This document shows positions 38,221-48,722 of a stretch of DNA of 64,000 bases, piece after piece. Below the pieces are notes generated by a model. It ran no database searches, had not been told where the DNA came from, and saw nothing but the letters and a program-made list of their open reading frames with translations. The first letter of the stretch is position 1. Every line of letters begins with the position of its first letter. A program made the translations under genes and the position numbers. Origin of the DNA: a virus. The stretch is from IMG/VR virus record IMGVR_UViG_3300020810_001175, positions 1 through 64,000 of that record; one strand, 5' to 3'.

Positions 38221-39804
38221 ATGAGTAATAAAAGTTTAGATGGTGTTCTTACCAAAAAAGCACACCAACGAGAAAAATTCACAGAAGAACAAATAGCAGA
38301 CTTGGCGGATTGTTCAGACGCTAAGAGTGGTTTTGAATATTTTGCCAAAAAGTTTTTCTATATACAGCACCCTGTAAAAGGTAAATGTGTATTCGAGCCA
38401 TTTGAATATCAAAGAAAATTGTTACACAGTTATCACGATTACAGATTTAATATCAATATGTTGCCTAGACAGAGTGGCAAGACCACCACTGCGGCTTGTT
38501 ATCTACTTTGGTATGCAATGTTTCATCCAGATCAAACTATTTTAATTGCGGCACACAAATACACAGGTGCTCAAGAAATTATGCAACGTATAAGATATGG
38601 ATACGAACTGTGTCCTGATTATGTCAGAGCAGGTGTAACCAACTACAACAAAGGATCGATGGAATTTGAAAATGGCTCACGTATTGTATCAGCAACCACA
38701 ACAGGTAACACTGGTAGAGGTATGTCTATTTCATTATTATACTGTGATGAGTTTGCGTTTGTTAATCCGGGCATAGCACAAGAATTCTGGACTTCAATAT
38801 CTCCAACACTGGCAACAGGAGGTAGAGCAATTATAACATCGACACCTAACTCAGACGAAGATGTGTTTGCTACCATATGGAGAGAAAGTCAAAATAAATT
38901 TGACGAACACGGCAACGAACAAGAATTGGGCATAAACGGATTTCATGGATACACAGCCAGTTGGGACGAACATCCTGACAGAGATGAAGAATGGAAAAAA
39001 CAAGAACTAGGGCGTATTGGCGAAGAAAGATTTAGACGTGAATATGGTTGTGAATTTTTAGTGTATGATGAAACACTGATCAACAGTATTGTGTTAACCA
39101 CATTAGAAGGTGCAGAACCAACATTGAACATGGGACAAACACGTTGGTATAAAAAATTAGATCCACACAGCACATACGTTGTTGCATTAGATCCTGCTAT
39201 GGGTACCGGTGGAGACAATGCGGCAATTGAAGTTTTTGAATTGCCAAGTTACGAACAAGTTGCAGAATGGAAACACAACACAACTGCTATTCCTCAACAA
39301 GTAAGAATTTTAAGAGACATATGTAACTATATCAAAGAAGAAACAAAATCTACAGGTTCTAACATCTATTGGAGCGTGGAAAACAACACTATTGGTGAAT
39401 CAGCATTGTTGGTTATAAATGATTTTGGAGAAGATTCAATACCAGGATTATTTGTATCAGAACCTATAAGAAAAGGACATATTAGAAAGTTTAGAAAAGG
39501 ATTTAACACCACACACAAAACAAAAATTAGTGCTTGTAGCAGACTAAAAAATATGATTGAAAAAAGCAAATTAAAGATACACAGTAAACCTTTAATCAGC
39601 GAACTTAAATCTTTTATTGCTTCAGGATCATCATTCAAAGCAAAATCAGGTCAAACAGATGACTTGGTCAGTGCTACACTATTGATAATGCGTATTATAA
39701 GTGTGTTAAAAGACTGGGATCCTAAAATATACACATCATTCAGTCAAGCAGACGAAGATACAGCAGATAAGGTAATGCCAATGCCTATCTTTGTAAGCCA
39801 CTAG
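38221..39804 (+). CDS. gp17: Terminase large subunit
   Basis: PRQSGKTT Walker A, LLYCDEFAFV Walker B, IITSTPN, FRREYGCEF, ALDPAMG, VENN, DDLVSA nuclease motifs. Confidence 0.95.
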   Translation: MSNKSLDGVLTKKAHQREKFTEEQIADLADCSDAKSGFEYFAKKFFYIQHPVKGKCVFEPFEYQRKLLHSYHDYRFNINMLPRQSGKTTTAACYLLWYAMFHPDQTILIAAHKYTGAQEIMQRIRYGYELCPDYVRAGVTNYNKGSMEFENGSRIVSATTTGNTGRGMSISLLYCDEFAFVNPGIAQEFWTSISPTLATGGRAIITSTPNSDEDVFATIWRESQNKFDEHGNEQELGINGFHGYTASWDEHPDRDEEWKKQELGRIGEERFRREYGCEFLVYDETLINSIVLTTLEGAEPTLNMGQTRWYKKLDPHSTYVVALDPAMGTGGDNAAIEVFELPSYEQVAEWKHNTTAIPQQVRILRDICNYIKEETKSTGSNIYWSVENNTIGESALLVINDFGEDSIPGLFVSEPIRKGHIRKFRKGFNTTHKTKISACSRLKNMIEKSKLKIHSKPLISELKSFIASGSSFKAKSGQTDDLVSATLLIMRIISVLKDWDPKIYTSFSQADEDTADKVMPMPIFVSH

Positions 39805-39820
39805 ACGATAAATATACTAT

Positions 39821-42073
39821 ATGAACCTTAATACCATAGCAAAAGACCTTTTTAACAAGATCAGAGGACAATTTCCTCAGGTAACATTGGGTGATTCTCA
39901 GGGAAAAATGACCACAGAACCTACCCAAGCAAGATTTTTTGACTTTGATTTTAAAGAAGGTGGAAACACTTTAGGAAAGGTAAGTATTAGCATAAGTGAA
40001 GAAGATGGCATGGTCGTTATGCACAGCAAAGACTTTGTTGAGCAAACAGATGAGCCATTAAAACGTGGATGGTTTAATTTTCTCAAAGAATTGAGAGGTT
40101 TTGCCAAAGCAAGAGTGCTTGGATTTGATACAAGAGATATCACAAAAAGCAATCTTGAAAAAAGAGACTATGACTTTTTAGGAAAAGGAAAAGAGGTAGA
40201 AAAAGTGAGCGAATCAAATTTATACGGCACAACAAAAACAAGTTTTCAAACTGTGGGCGAAGCAAGATTAGTAATCAAACATTCAGCACCAGTAAATCCA
40301 ACAGTAGCAGGTGGACGCACACACAGAATAGAATCTCTTTTCATAGAAAACAAAGCAGGCGAAAGATTCAAGTATCCAATGAAACATTTGAATGGTGCAA
40401 GAGCAATGGCTCGACACGTATCAGAAGGTGGAAATCCATTTGATGATTTTGGAAAACACATCACAGAGATGAGTTCAGAGTTGAATCAGTTGAGAAAATT
40501 CAAAACATACATGAACAGATCCAATGTGATGGCTGAAGGTTTAAAAAAGTATCAGTCAGTTGTGGATGAAAGAATAGAAGAAATTAAATCAAACTGTTTA
40601 CGTTTACAAAAACAAACTGCTTATAAAGAATCATTTGAAAGTTTTAGCAAATCAGAATTAGCAGAAGTTCCAGAAGATGTTAAAAAAAGTTGGATTGATG
40701 AATTAACAATCAAAACATTCAATGAAGAATTACAAGATGTATTTCCTTACATCTACAAATTGGTTACAGAAAGAACAGCAATAGAAGAACTAGGACCTAA
40801 CTCATTTGAAGCACACGGATATCAAGGTGGCGTAGAGCCAAGAACGTTAAGATACGATCTTGCAGGAGACTTTGATCAAGACAGAGGTGTAAGTGAAAAA
40901 GATTCTGAAGATATAAAAAATCTTTTAGCAAAGGCTGGCATTAATGCTGATGTTCAACCAGACGAATCAAGACACCAAGGTGTTGTGATACACACAGATG
41001 CATCACCAGATGATGTAGAACAAGTGTTGGGTGGTATGATTGAAACCATCGATAATTTCCATGAATTTGAATCAGCAATGGAATCAATTGTGAGAGAAGA
41101 CAATGGATTGTTTTCACAAGATGCTGATGAACAAGCAGAAGCATTAGAAAAATTAAACACACTGATGGCAAAACATTTTCCAGCAGGTGTAAATGGTACC
41201 AACGGTATTGAAAGTTTACAAGGCATAATTGATGACGAAGAATTAAATGACGAAATTCAAAAAGCGGCAAGCGAAGATTCAGACATCTGCATACGTCCAA
41301 TGATTATGGACTATGTGGCACAAAAAGATCCTACACTGGTTTCAAAAATTAGCACAGGCGACATGAAGCAAGAAGACGAAGCAATCACATTTGAAGACAT
41401 CAAACCTTATGTTTCTATGTACAAAGGTGAAGATGGCAAAATGGTGTATGATGTGTTAGACAAAGATGGAGAATCAGTAGAAAAATTTGCTGATGCCAAA
41501 GGAGCAATGGCATATTTGAAACAAAATTTCAACAAATTAAAAAATAAAGAAGTTCAAACAGAAAACGAAACAGATTACGAAGGCTCGTTTGAATACGAAT
41601 TACCAGGTGATGATGGTGAAATGGCTTATGGTACAATTCATTACAAAGCCATCAACGGTGTAGTTGATCCAAACTCTTTGAGAGGTGAATACGAATATGA
41701 TGGTAATCACAAAGTAGATGATGACTATGCTAATGAAGTGATTAAACCAGGTGGCCCAGAACACGAAGAAGCATTAAAAGCCGCTCAAGAAGATTATGAT
41801 TACGAAGCAAGTCGTATGAAATCTAAATTTGGTATAGAAGATCAAGAAGAAAAATCATTCAAAGACAAAGAACAAACTGTGGATGAATTTGTGAAAAGTT
41901 TCTTTGACTACACATCAAATCAATTTCCAAAAGGCGAAACAGCAGTGCTAACATCAGTAGAAAAGAAATTTGGTGACAATGCTGTATCAACTGCACAGGA
42001 AACAATTCAGAAGTTAATGGCAAACAAAGATCCCGAAATTGCCAAAATCAAAAAATTAGCAGGCGTTCAATAA
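39821..42073 (+). CDS. Large acidic hypothetical protein (possible head-internal protein)
   Basis: 750 aa; GERFKYP..HLNGARAMARHV..GGNP.D motif; acidic modular C-terminal half ending IKKLAGVQ; TAAATA at 39809. Confidence 0.45.
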   Translation: MNLNTIAKDLFNKIRGQFPQVTLGDSQGKMTTEPTQARFFDFDFKEGGNTLGKVSISISEEDGMVVMHSKDFVEQTDEPLKRGWFNFLKELRGFAKARVLGFDTRDITKSNLEKRDYDFLGKGKEVEKVSESNLYGTTKTSFQTVGEARLVIKHSAPVNPTVAGGRTHRIESLFIENKAGERFKYPMKHLNGARAMARHVSEGGNPFDDFGKHITEMSSELNQLRKFKTYMNRSNVMAEGLKKYQSVVDERIEEIKSNCLRLQKQTAYKESFESFSKSELAEVPEDVKKSWIDELTIKTFNEELQDVFPYIYKLVTERTAIEELGPNSFEAHGYQGGVEPRTLRYDLAGDFDQDRGVSEKDSEDIKNLLAKAGINADVQPDESRHQGVVIHTDASPDDVEQVLGGMIETIDNFHEFESAMESIVREDNGLFSQDADEQAEALEKLNTLMAKHFPAGVNGTNGIESLQGIIDDEELNDEIQKAASEDSDICIRPMIMDYVAQKDPTLVSKISTGDMKQEDEAITFEDIKPYVSMYKGEDGKMVYDVLDKDGESVEKFADAKGAMAYLKQNFNKLKNKEVQTENETDYEGSFEYELPGDDGEMAYGTIHYKAINGVVDPNSLRGEYEYDGNHKVDDDYANEVIKPGGPEHEEALKAAQEDYDYEASRMKSKFGIEDQEEKSFKDKEQTVDEFVKSFFDYTSNQFPKGETAVLTSVEKKFGDNAVSTAQETIQKLMANKDPEIAKIKKLAGVQ

Positions 42074-42120
42074 ACAACTTTACCATTTCAGGTTGACTAA
42101 ATAGTAATATTAGTATATAT

Positions 42121-42149
42121 TTGACAATATGTTTGTCTTGTGCTATACT
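42121..42149 (+). promoter_or_regulatory. Strong sigma70-type promoter for the gp32 operon
   Basis: TTGACA-17 bp-TATACT with extended -10 TG; a second TTGACT-17-TATATT lies at 42093-42121. Confidence 0.75.
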
Positions 42150-42205
42150 AATTTTATAAAGGCACATAATATAATAACAACAGGCAACAATAGGAGGCTT
42201 AAATT

Positions 42206-43177
42206 ATGGCAACACTAGCAGAAATACGTGCTAAACTGAAAGAACAAGAAGTTAAGACAGGTGGCACTACTTCAAGAACAGGCGGAGACAACGCCATTTA
42301 CCCATTTTGGAATCTAAAAGAAGGAGAGCAGGCAACTGTTCGATTCTTACCAGATGGCGATAAAGAAAACACTTTTTTCTGGAAAGAGAGATTGATGATC
42401 AAACTACCTTTCGCAGGACTTAAAGGTGAAACAGATTCAAGACCAGTACAAGTACAAGTTCCATGTATGGAAATGTATGGTGAGTCTTGTCCAATCTTAT
42501 CTGAGGTAAGAGGATGGTTCAAAGATCCTAAATTAGAAGATTTAGGAAGAAAATATTGGAAGAAAAGAAGTTATATCTTCCAAGGTTTTGTAAAGGACGA
42601 TCCACTTAACGAAGAATCAACTCCAGAGAATCCAATTAGAAGATTCATAATTGGTCCACAAATATTCCAAATTATCAAAGGAGCATTAATGGATCCAGAT
42701 ATGGAAGATCTTCCAACTGATTCAACAAGCGGTGTTGATTTTAGAATTATCAAAACATCCAAAGGTGGATATGCTGATTATTCAACATCAACATGGTCTA
42801 GAAAATCAAGACCTTTAACAGAAGAAGAAAGCAAAGCGATTGAGTCAAATGGTTTATTCAATCTAAACGATTTCTTACCTAAAAAACCTTCAGAAGTTGA
42901 AGTTAAGGTAATGAAAGAAATGTTTGAAGCATCTGTTGACGGTGAAGCATATGACATGGACAAATTTGGTCAGTACTTTAGACCAGCGGGCGTGTCAGCA
43001 AAAACTGGTGATCCAGTAACTCCAAGAGCAGAAACACCTACTCCTGAAGTGAAAGCAGAACCAGTAGTTGAGGCAAAAACTCAAGAAACACCAAAGCCAA
43101 CTGCGGAAGAAAATAAATCTTCAAGCGGAAAAGCAGAGGATATCTTGGCAATGATAAGAGCAAGACAATCAAAATAG
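42206..43177 (+). CDS. gp32: Single-stranded DNA-binding protein (T4 gp32-like)
   Basis: ATVRFLPD, CMEMYGESCPI, YWKKRSY, GVDFRIIK..KGGYADY..S, low-complexity tail; TAGGAGG RBS. Confidence 0.85.
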   Translation: MATLAEIRAKLKEQEVKTGGTTSRTGGDNAIYPFWNLKEGEQATVRFLPDGDKENTFFWKERLMIKLPFAGLKGETDSRPVQVQVPCMEMYGESCPILSEVRGWFKDPKLEDLGRKYWKKRSYIFQGFVKDDPLNEESTPENPIRRFIIGPQIFQIIKGALMDPDMEDLPTDSTSGVDFRIIKTSKGGYADYSTSTWSRKSRPLTEEESKAIESNGLFNLNDFLPKKPSEVEVKVMKEMFEASVDGEAYDMDKFGQYFRPAGVSAKTGDPVTPRAETPTPEVKAEPVVEAKTQETPKPTAEENKSSSGKAEDILAMIRARQSK

Positions 43178-43187
43178 TAAAGTACAT

Positions 43188-43209
43188 TGTGGGGAGGCAA
43201 CTCCCCACA
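43188..43209 (+). other. Stable RNA hairpin between gp32 and uvsX
   Basis: TGTGGGGAG-GCAA-CTCCCCACA: 9-bp stem, GNRA loop, no U tract. Confidence 0.7.
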
Positions 43210-43232
43210 CATACTAAAAGAAGGAATAAATT

Positions 43233-44300
43233 ATGGTAAAGGCATTTGATGTAAGTAAATTTAGAAAAAACTTAACAAAATCCATCACTGGAATGAGTGC
43301 TGGATTTCATGATCCAACAGATTGGATTTCAACAGGTAACTTCGCACTTAACTATTTGGTAAGTGGCGATTTCAACAAAGGTATTCCACTAGGCAAAGTA
43401 ACTGTATTTGCAGGAGAGTCTGGAGCAGGTAAATCATATATCTGTTCAGGAAACATTGTCAAAGCGGCACAGGATCAAGGTATATTTGTTGTACTAATTG
43501 ATTCAGAAAACGCACTTGACGAAGCATGGTTACACGCATTAGGAGTTGATACAGATGAGAAAAAATTATTAAAACTGAATATGTCAATGATTGATGATGT
43601 TGCTAAAACAGTATCAACATTTATGGCAGACTATAAAGAAATGCCTGAGGCTGACAGACCAAAAGTTTTATTTGTGATTGACTCATTGGGTATGTTACTA
43701 ACGCCGACAGATGTTGATCAGTTTAATAAAGGTGATATGAAGGGTGACATGGGTAGAAAACCTAAGGCACTTACATCACTTGTGAGAAACTGTGTTAATA
43801 TGTTTGGTTCACACAATGTTGGACTTGTAGCAACCAATCACACATATGCATCACAGGATATGTTTGATCCTGATGATAAGATATCAGGTGGACAAGGATT
43901 TATCTATGCATCATCTATTGTAGTTGCAATGAAAAAATTGAAACTAAAAGAAGATGAAGACGGTAATAAAACAACAGACGTCAAAGGTATTAGAGCAGGT
44001 TGTAAAGTAATGAAAACTCGTTATGCTAAACCTTTTGAAGGTGTGCAAGTTAAGATTCCATATGAAACAGGAATGAATCCATACAGTGGACTAGTTGATC
44101 TATTTGAAAAGAAAGGTATACTGTCCAAAGATGGAAACAGACTTAAATATGTGGATTCAAAAGGAACAGAAGTTAAAGAATATCGTAAGGTTTGGGAAGC
44201 CGGCGGCGACTTATTAGACAACATTATGAAAGACTTTAACAGTATAGTTTCTACAGAAGAAGAAAAACAAACAACAGAAACAGAAGCAGTTGAGGAGTAA
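43233..44300 (+). CDS. uvsX: RecA-like recombinase
   Basis: WISTGN..LN, FAGESGAGKS Walker A, DSENA, VIDSLGML, DMG, TNHTY, SGGQGFIYASS, KTRY. Confidence 0.93.
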   Translation: MVKAFDVSKFRKNLTKSITGMSAGFHDPTDWISTGNFALNYLVSGDFNKGIPLGKVTVFAGESGAGKSYICSGNIVKAAQDQGIFVVLIDSENALDEAWLHALGVDTDEKKLLKLNMSMIDDVAKTVSTFMADYKEMPEADRPKVLFVIDSLGMLLTPTDVDQFNKGDMKGDMGRKPKALTSLVRNCVNMFGSHNVGLVATNHTYASQDMFDPDDKISGGQGFIYASSIVVAMKKLKLKEDEDGNKTTDVKGIRAGCKVMKTRYAKPFEGVQVKIPYETGMNPYSGLVDLFEKKGILSKDGNRLKYVDSKGTEVKEYRKVWEAGGDLLDNIMKDFNSIVSTEEEKQTTETEAVEE

Positions 44301-44301
44301 A

Positions 44302-44520
44302 ATGATTGAAGGAAGTCAGTTAGTTGAAATTTGGCAGTTTTTCAAAGAATACGTTGATAGAAAACAATCTATGGACGTTGTCGCAGAAAAATTTGTAGAT
44401 TTAATGGCAGACTATGGCGTTGATGATGAAGAGTTTCAAAACGCACTAGGCGCCGATGACGATTTGGATCAAGCAATTCAATATTATTTGGATGCTGAAT
44501 CCGAAGACGAGGATTATTAA
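44302..44520 (+). CDS. Small acidic hypothetical protein
   Basis: GAGGAG RBS before ATG 44302; lies between uvsX and uvsY. Confidence 0.55.
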   Translation: MIEGSQLVEIWQFFKEYVDRKQSMDVVAEKFVDLMADYGVDDEEFQNALGADDDLDQAIQYYLDAESEDEDY

Positions 44521-44978
44521 TGGCTGGATGGTATCAGAAAATTGCTAAAGATATTGGAGTAATTCCTGATGCCATCAAGCATTACGAAGATGAACTCGAA
44601 CAGGCAAGATCAGAAATAAGAATACGAGGTAATATCGAGAAAGCATCAGCAGATATGCCTGGTATTGTTGAACAAAGATTTAATCAGTTACAAGAAATAG
44701 AAGCAATTCTACAATACATGAACATAGAATTACGTAGATTGCGTTCGAAACATTTCAAAAAATATTTAGAAAACTATCAAAGAGCATTATCCAGCAGAGA
44801 TGTTGAAAAGTACGTCGACGGTGAAGCAGATGTTGTTGATTATGAAAAAATAATTAATGAATTTGCACTGTTAAGGAACAAATGGTTAGGTATTACAAAA
44901 GGACTTGATCAGAAACAATGGCAAATGACAAACATTGTTAAATTAAGAGTTGCTGGTATGGAAGACGCTTCTATATAA
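44520..44978 (+). CDS. uvsY: Recombination mediator UvsY-like
   Basis: Helical; LSSRDVEKYVDGE.DV, K.LD.K.WQ..NIVKLR.AG; next to uvsX. Confidence 0.75.
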   Translation: MAGWYQKIAKDIGVIPDAIKHYEDELEQARSEIRIRGNIEKASADMPGIVEQRFNQLQEIEAILQYMNIELRRLRSKHFKKYLENYQRALSSRDVEKYVDGEADVVDYEKIINEFALLRNKWLGITKGLDQKQWQMTNIVKLRVAGMEDASI

Positions 44979-45014
44979 CACAATACCAAAAAATATATCA
45001 ATAAATATTCAAAA

Positions 45015-45752
45015 ATGACTTTGAATATTCCATCATACATTATCACAATGCAAGGCGAATCTGTGAGCGAAACATTATCACAAGAATGTGCCAAATCTGC
45101 TGAACAGTTTGGTATAAACACAGTAATTTTTCCTGCAACTCATGGAAAAGATATCAATGTACAATGGCACAAACATAATCTAAAAGATTTTAAGTTCAAT
45201 CAACGCATTAAAAAAATAAATCCTGGAATGGTAGGTTGTTTGATATCTCATTTGTCCTTGTGGAAAAAATGTATAGAAATACAACAACCAATTTTAATTT
45301 TTGAGCACGATGCTTTGATGATAAGGGAGATTCCTCACAGTATATTGGATAAATTTAAAGATGTTTGTAATTTAGATTGGCTCAGTCGACGCACAACAAA
45401 TTATGACGAAGAAGTAAAGATTGACAGAGGTCCTGGTGTTAAACTTTATATGGAAAAACGACCACCGTATTCTGGATTGGAACTTTATAATAAAAGTCAT
45501 ATAAAAGGTGCTCACAGTTACATTGTAAAACCGCAAGGTGCACAAAAGTTAGTAGACTTTGTATGGTCAGCAGGAGCATTGGCTCCAGATGTTATTATTA
45601 ACAGTATAAGTTGTTTATTGACGTATTCTGAAACCAGTTATTGTAGAATTAATCCTCGTTTTTGGAATTCTTCAAGAATGAAGGCAAAAAATAGTTTTTG
45701 TCGACCTAATAATAAAGACAAAATTGCAATGAAAGAAGGAAAAAATGTTTGA
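45015..45752 (+). CDS. Glycosyltransferase family 25-like
   Basis: YIITM, FPATHG, GMVGCLISHLSLWKKC, LIFEHDA, GAHSYIVKPQGAQKL, APD. Confidence 0.8.
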   Translation: MTLNIPSYIITMQGESVSETLSQECAKSAEQFGINTVIFPATHGKDINVQWHKHNLKDFKFNQRIKKINPGMVGCLISHLSLWKKCIEIQQPILIFEHDALMIREIPHSILDKFKDVCNLDWLSRRTTNYDEEVKIDRGPGVKLYMEKRPPYSGLELYNKSHIKGAHSYIVKPQGAQKLVDFVWSAGALAPDVIINSISCLLTYSETSYCRINPRFWNSSRMKAKNSFCRPNNKDKIAMKEGKNV

Positions 45753-46593
45753 TCAACAAAACATTGCTGGAGATTTTCCTAAAAATAAAGCCCACATCAT
45801 TTATTACAGTTGTGATCCTACATATTGGGCTGAGCACGGACAATATCTTGCAAAAAGTACTCTAGCACTAAACAAAAAAAATCTGATTCATGTACACGTT
45901 CATATGATTTACGAACATAATCAATCACACACATTAAAAAATTTAATACAAGATGAAAACATAACGTATACATACGAAATTCATTCAAAAGATTTTTATG
46001 ATCAATTTCAACTAGCAAAAGAGCATCCATTGTTTAGCAGAGGACCAGAAATTTGTAATACAAAGTCAGATGATGAATTAAAAAGAAAAATATATCTTTC
46101 AAGTGCTAGATTTTTTTACTTTGACAAATTTTTTGATAGATACCAACACGTTTTACAATTAGATGCTGACGGAATTAATAGAGAACGACTGCCTTTACTA
46201 GAATTTAAAACCATAACCACTTTTCCAGCCGCCATGCGTAAACCTAAAGATCCTAGTGTATACATTGCCAGTTGCGTTACACCTGGAATTGGGGAGGCCG
46301 GAGAAACTTTTAAAAAAGAATTAAGCACTTCGATGATAGAAGCATTCAAAAAACCTATATATTGGTTTGTGGATCAACACGTATTAAAAAAACTATTAGA
46401 TGCAAGACAATTTGTCAGTATTCCTTACAAATGGAACAGTTGGGGACTGAAATCAGGTGGTGAACTTTTCAGTACAGCCAAAGGTACAAAAAAATATGGC
46501 TTTAGATATAAAAGTTTAAAATATGCTTGGTTCGATGATAACGACAAATTAAAATTTCATAAAAACAAAGCCAAAGAACATGGAAAAAAATAA
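45745..46593 (+). CDS. Putative GT-A glycosyltransferase
   Basis: CD..Y, ARFF, LQLDAD (DxD), WFVDQ.VL, KG..K. Confidence 0.55.
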   Translation: MFDQQNIAGDFPKNKAHIIYYSCDPTYWAEHGQYLAKSTLALNKKNLIHVHVHMIYEHNQSHTLKNLIQDENITYTYEIHSKDFYDQFQLAKEHPLFSRGPEICNTKSDDELKRKIYLSSARFFYFDKFFDRYQHVLQLDADGINRERLPLLEFKTITTFPAAMRKPKDPSVYIASCVTPGIGEAGETFKKELSTSMIEAFKKPIYWFVDQHVLKKLLDARQFVSIPYKWNSWGLKSGGELFSTAKGTKKYGFRYKSLKYAWFDDNDKLKFHKNKAKEHGKK

Positions 46594-47161
46594 AGGTTAC
46601 ATCATTTATTTGAAAAATCATAAAAATTCTGTTGAATGGGCTCAACAGGCACTGGCATCTGGCAGGGCATTAGATTGGAATTTAGAATTGTACGAAGGAG
46701 TTGATGGCACTACAACATCAATTGAAAAAAATAATTTAAAATTATTCAAAAATAGTAAAAAAAGTTTTAAATTGATGCAGAGACCAGGCACACTGGGTTG
46801 TTTTCTTAGCCAGTACAGTTTATGGAAAAAATGTTATAAGGAAAATACATCTATCTGTATTTTTGAACACGATGTTGTGTTCAAAAAACCTTTTTCAATC
46901 GAGCAAGAATTTGAAGATGTGTTAAAATTCGAAGGGTTCATGCCAGCCAAACCAATGAGTGTGGGACAATGGTGGGAAGGTGCAAGAGCATACTGTTTGA
47001 AACCACAAGGAGCCAAAAAAATTTTAGATTTTGTTAAAAATCAAGGAGCCATGCCTGCCGATTGGTGTCTCAATTCGGGAATTTTAAATGTAGAATTTGA
47101 TAAATCTAATAAAGTAACATTCGATCATAAAAAATTCAGTTTCACAAAGGACCTCAAATGA
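46580..47161 (+). CDS. Glycosyltransferase family 25-like
   Basis: YIIYL, EGVDG, GTLGCFLSQYSLWKKC, IFEHDV, GARAYCLKPQGAKK, PAD. Confidence 0.8.
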   Translation: MEKNKGYIIYLKNHKNSVEWAQQALASGRALDWNLELYEGVDGTTTSIEKNNLKLFKNSKKSFKLMQRPGTLGCFLSQYSLWKKCYKENTSICIFEHDVVFKKPFSIEQEFEDVLKFEGFMPAKPMSVGQWWEGARAYCLKPQGAKKILDFVKNQGAMPADWCLNSGILNVEFDKSNKVTFDHKKFSFTKDLK

Positions 47162-47937
47162 AAAAATTAATATTTCAAGTAAGTGTGGGTAAACCAAGTA
47201 AACTATACGAAACCTGTATTCAGAGTGTGGCTGATTATTGTAAAAAATTTTCCATAGATCACATTGTATTAACTGAACCTAAACTAAAAATAAGACCCGA
47301 TCCTACAAGAACAGGTAGAAGTCTTCAAGCAGTTGAAAGATTAGGCTATATGCCTATTTACGAAAAAGAAAATGCATTTGAGTACCTTGATAGATATGAT
47401 CAAGTGGCAATAGTAGACAGCGACATTTATATTAAATCATCTGCTCCTGATATATTTTTAGATTTACCACAACAATACGACTTTGGTGGTGTATTGGAAA
47501 GAGAGATGCCGTTGAATCACAAATATCAAAATAAGATTAGAAAATATTCACAAAGTGCTTTTAGCAATTTAAAAGATGTTGATTGGAAATGGAATACACT
47601 AGGTGCTGAATTTTACAATATGGGACTAATGGTGATGAATAAATCATTTGCCAAATATCTAAATGGACAAACTCCCCGTGAATTCATTCTAAGACCTGAA
47701 TTTAAGGATTTTGTAGATGGCGTAGGCTTTTACAAATGGAGCACAGATCAGATGTTGTTGAATTGGTTTGTAAAAAAACAAAATATTAAATGTAAAAACA
47801 TGGACTGGCGTTGGAATTCATTATACACAGCAGTTGAGAAACATAAACAGACAGAAAGTTACTTTGTTCACTTCTTTTTGAGAGATCATTTACCAGAACG
47901 TGGTGAAAACATAAAAGAATTATTAAAAAAAATATGA
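47158..47937 (+). CDS. GT-A glycosyltransferase (GT8/GT34-like)
   Basis: YDQVAIVDSDIYI (DxD), YNMGLMV, TDQMLLN, WN, FVHFF. Confidence 0.7.
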   Translation: MKKLIFQVSVGKPSKLYETCIQSVADYCKKFSIDHIVLTEPKLKIRPDPTRTGRSLQAVERLGYMPIYEKENAFEYLDRYDQVAIVDSDIYIKSSAPDIFLDLPQQYDFGGVLEREMPLNHKYQNKIRKYSQSAFSNLKDVDWKWNTLGAEFYNMGLMVMNKSFAKYLNGQTPREFILRPEFKDFVDGVGFYKWSTDQMLLNWFVKKQNIKCKNMDWRWNSLYTAVEKHKQTESYFVHFFLRDHLPERGENIKELLKKI

Positions 47938-48722
47938 TACATCTAGCAATACGTTCGATGAGTATTAAAAAACGTAATAGAAGATACACGACTCCTGGTC
48001 TAGGCGACAGAATTCATACACTTATGATAGGATACTTGTTTTCTCAAGCAAAAAAAGATCAGGTTACGTTACATCTTACAAGTGATAAAGGCATTGAAAG
48101 AAAATTAAAAAGTTACAATGAATTGTTAAAATTATTTCCAAAAGACACGGTACACTTACAAATTCACGATGTGTCCGGTCTACCGGAAATAAAGTGGATA
48201 CAATATTTACAAGCGAAAAACATCGATGCCAAGCCTTATTTTTATAAAGATTATCAACATTTAAACAAATTAGATACAACAGAAGAAATTGATATTTCAA
48301 AATATTTTAGAAATTTTACACCCTTAAAGTTCTCACAAAAAAGTTTATTTTCATTACCGACAGAAAAATTCATTGTTACACAATTTGATAGTACTGATAA
48401 ACAAAGAGGTATAAAAAAGCAAATCGTTGATAAAATTCTTAAGAATTATGAAGATTTGCGTTATAAAAAAATAGTGATAGGAGGAGATGCTACAGAAGAT
48501 TTGTTAAAGTCTACACATCCAGACAATATTATTAACACAGCATACGCAATATCAAAAGCAGAATATTATGTTGGTGTAGACTCTGCTATGATGCACATGG
48601 CATCAATGTATTTGCCAGCAGAAAAAATGCATCTGTATCATACAGGTGCAGTAGAAAAAAGTCATCATCTTTTACGAAATATTGATAATGGTGCAGTGTT
48701 AAATAACTATGGATTGAAATAA
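47934..48722 (+). CDS. GT-B glycosyltransferase-like (GT9/GT11-like)
   Basis: PGLGDRI N-terminal motif; AEYYVGVDSAMMHMA. Confidence 0.55.
   Translation: MIHLAIRSMSIKKRNRRYTTPGLGDRIHTLMIGYLFSQAKKDQVTLHLTSDKGIERKLKSYNELLKLFPKDTVHLQIHDVSGLPEIKWIQYLQAKNIDAKPYFYKDYQHLNKLDTTEEIDISKYFRNFTPLKFSQKSLFSLPTEKFIVTQFDSTDKQRGIKKQIVDKILKNYEDLRYKKIVIGGDATEDLLKSTHPDNIINTAYAISKAEYYVGVDSAMMHMASMYLPAEKMHLYHTGAVEKSHHLLRNIDNGAVLNNYGLK

Noticed and set aside
38221-44300. Inteins or introns in terL or uvsX
   Set aside because: Both have normal lengths (527 and 355 aa) and contiguous motifs.
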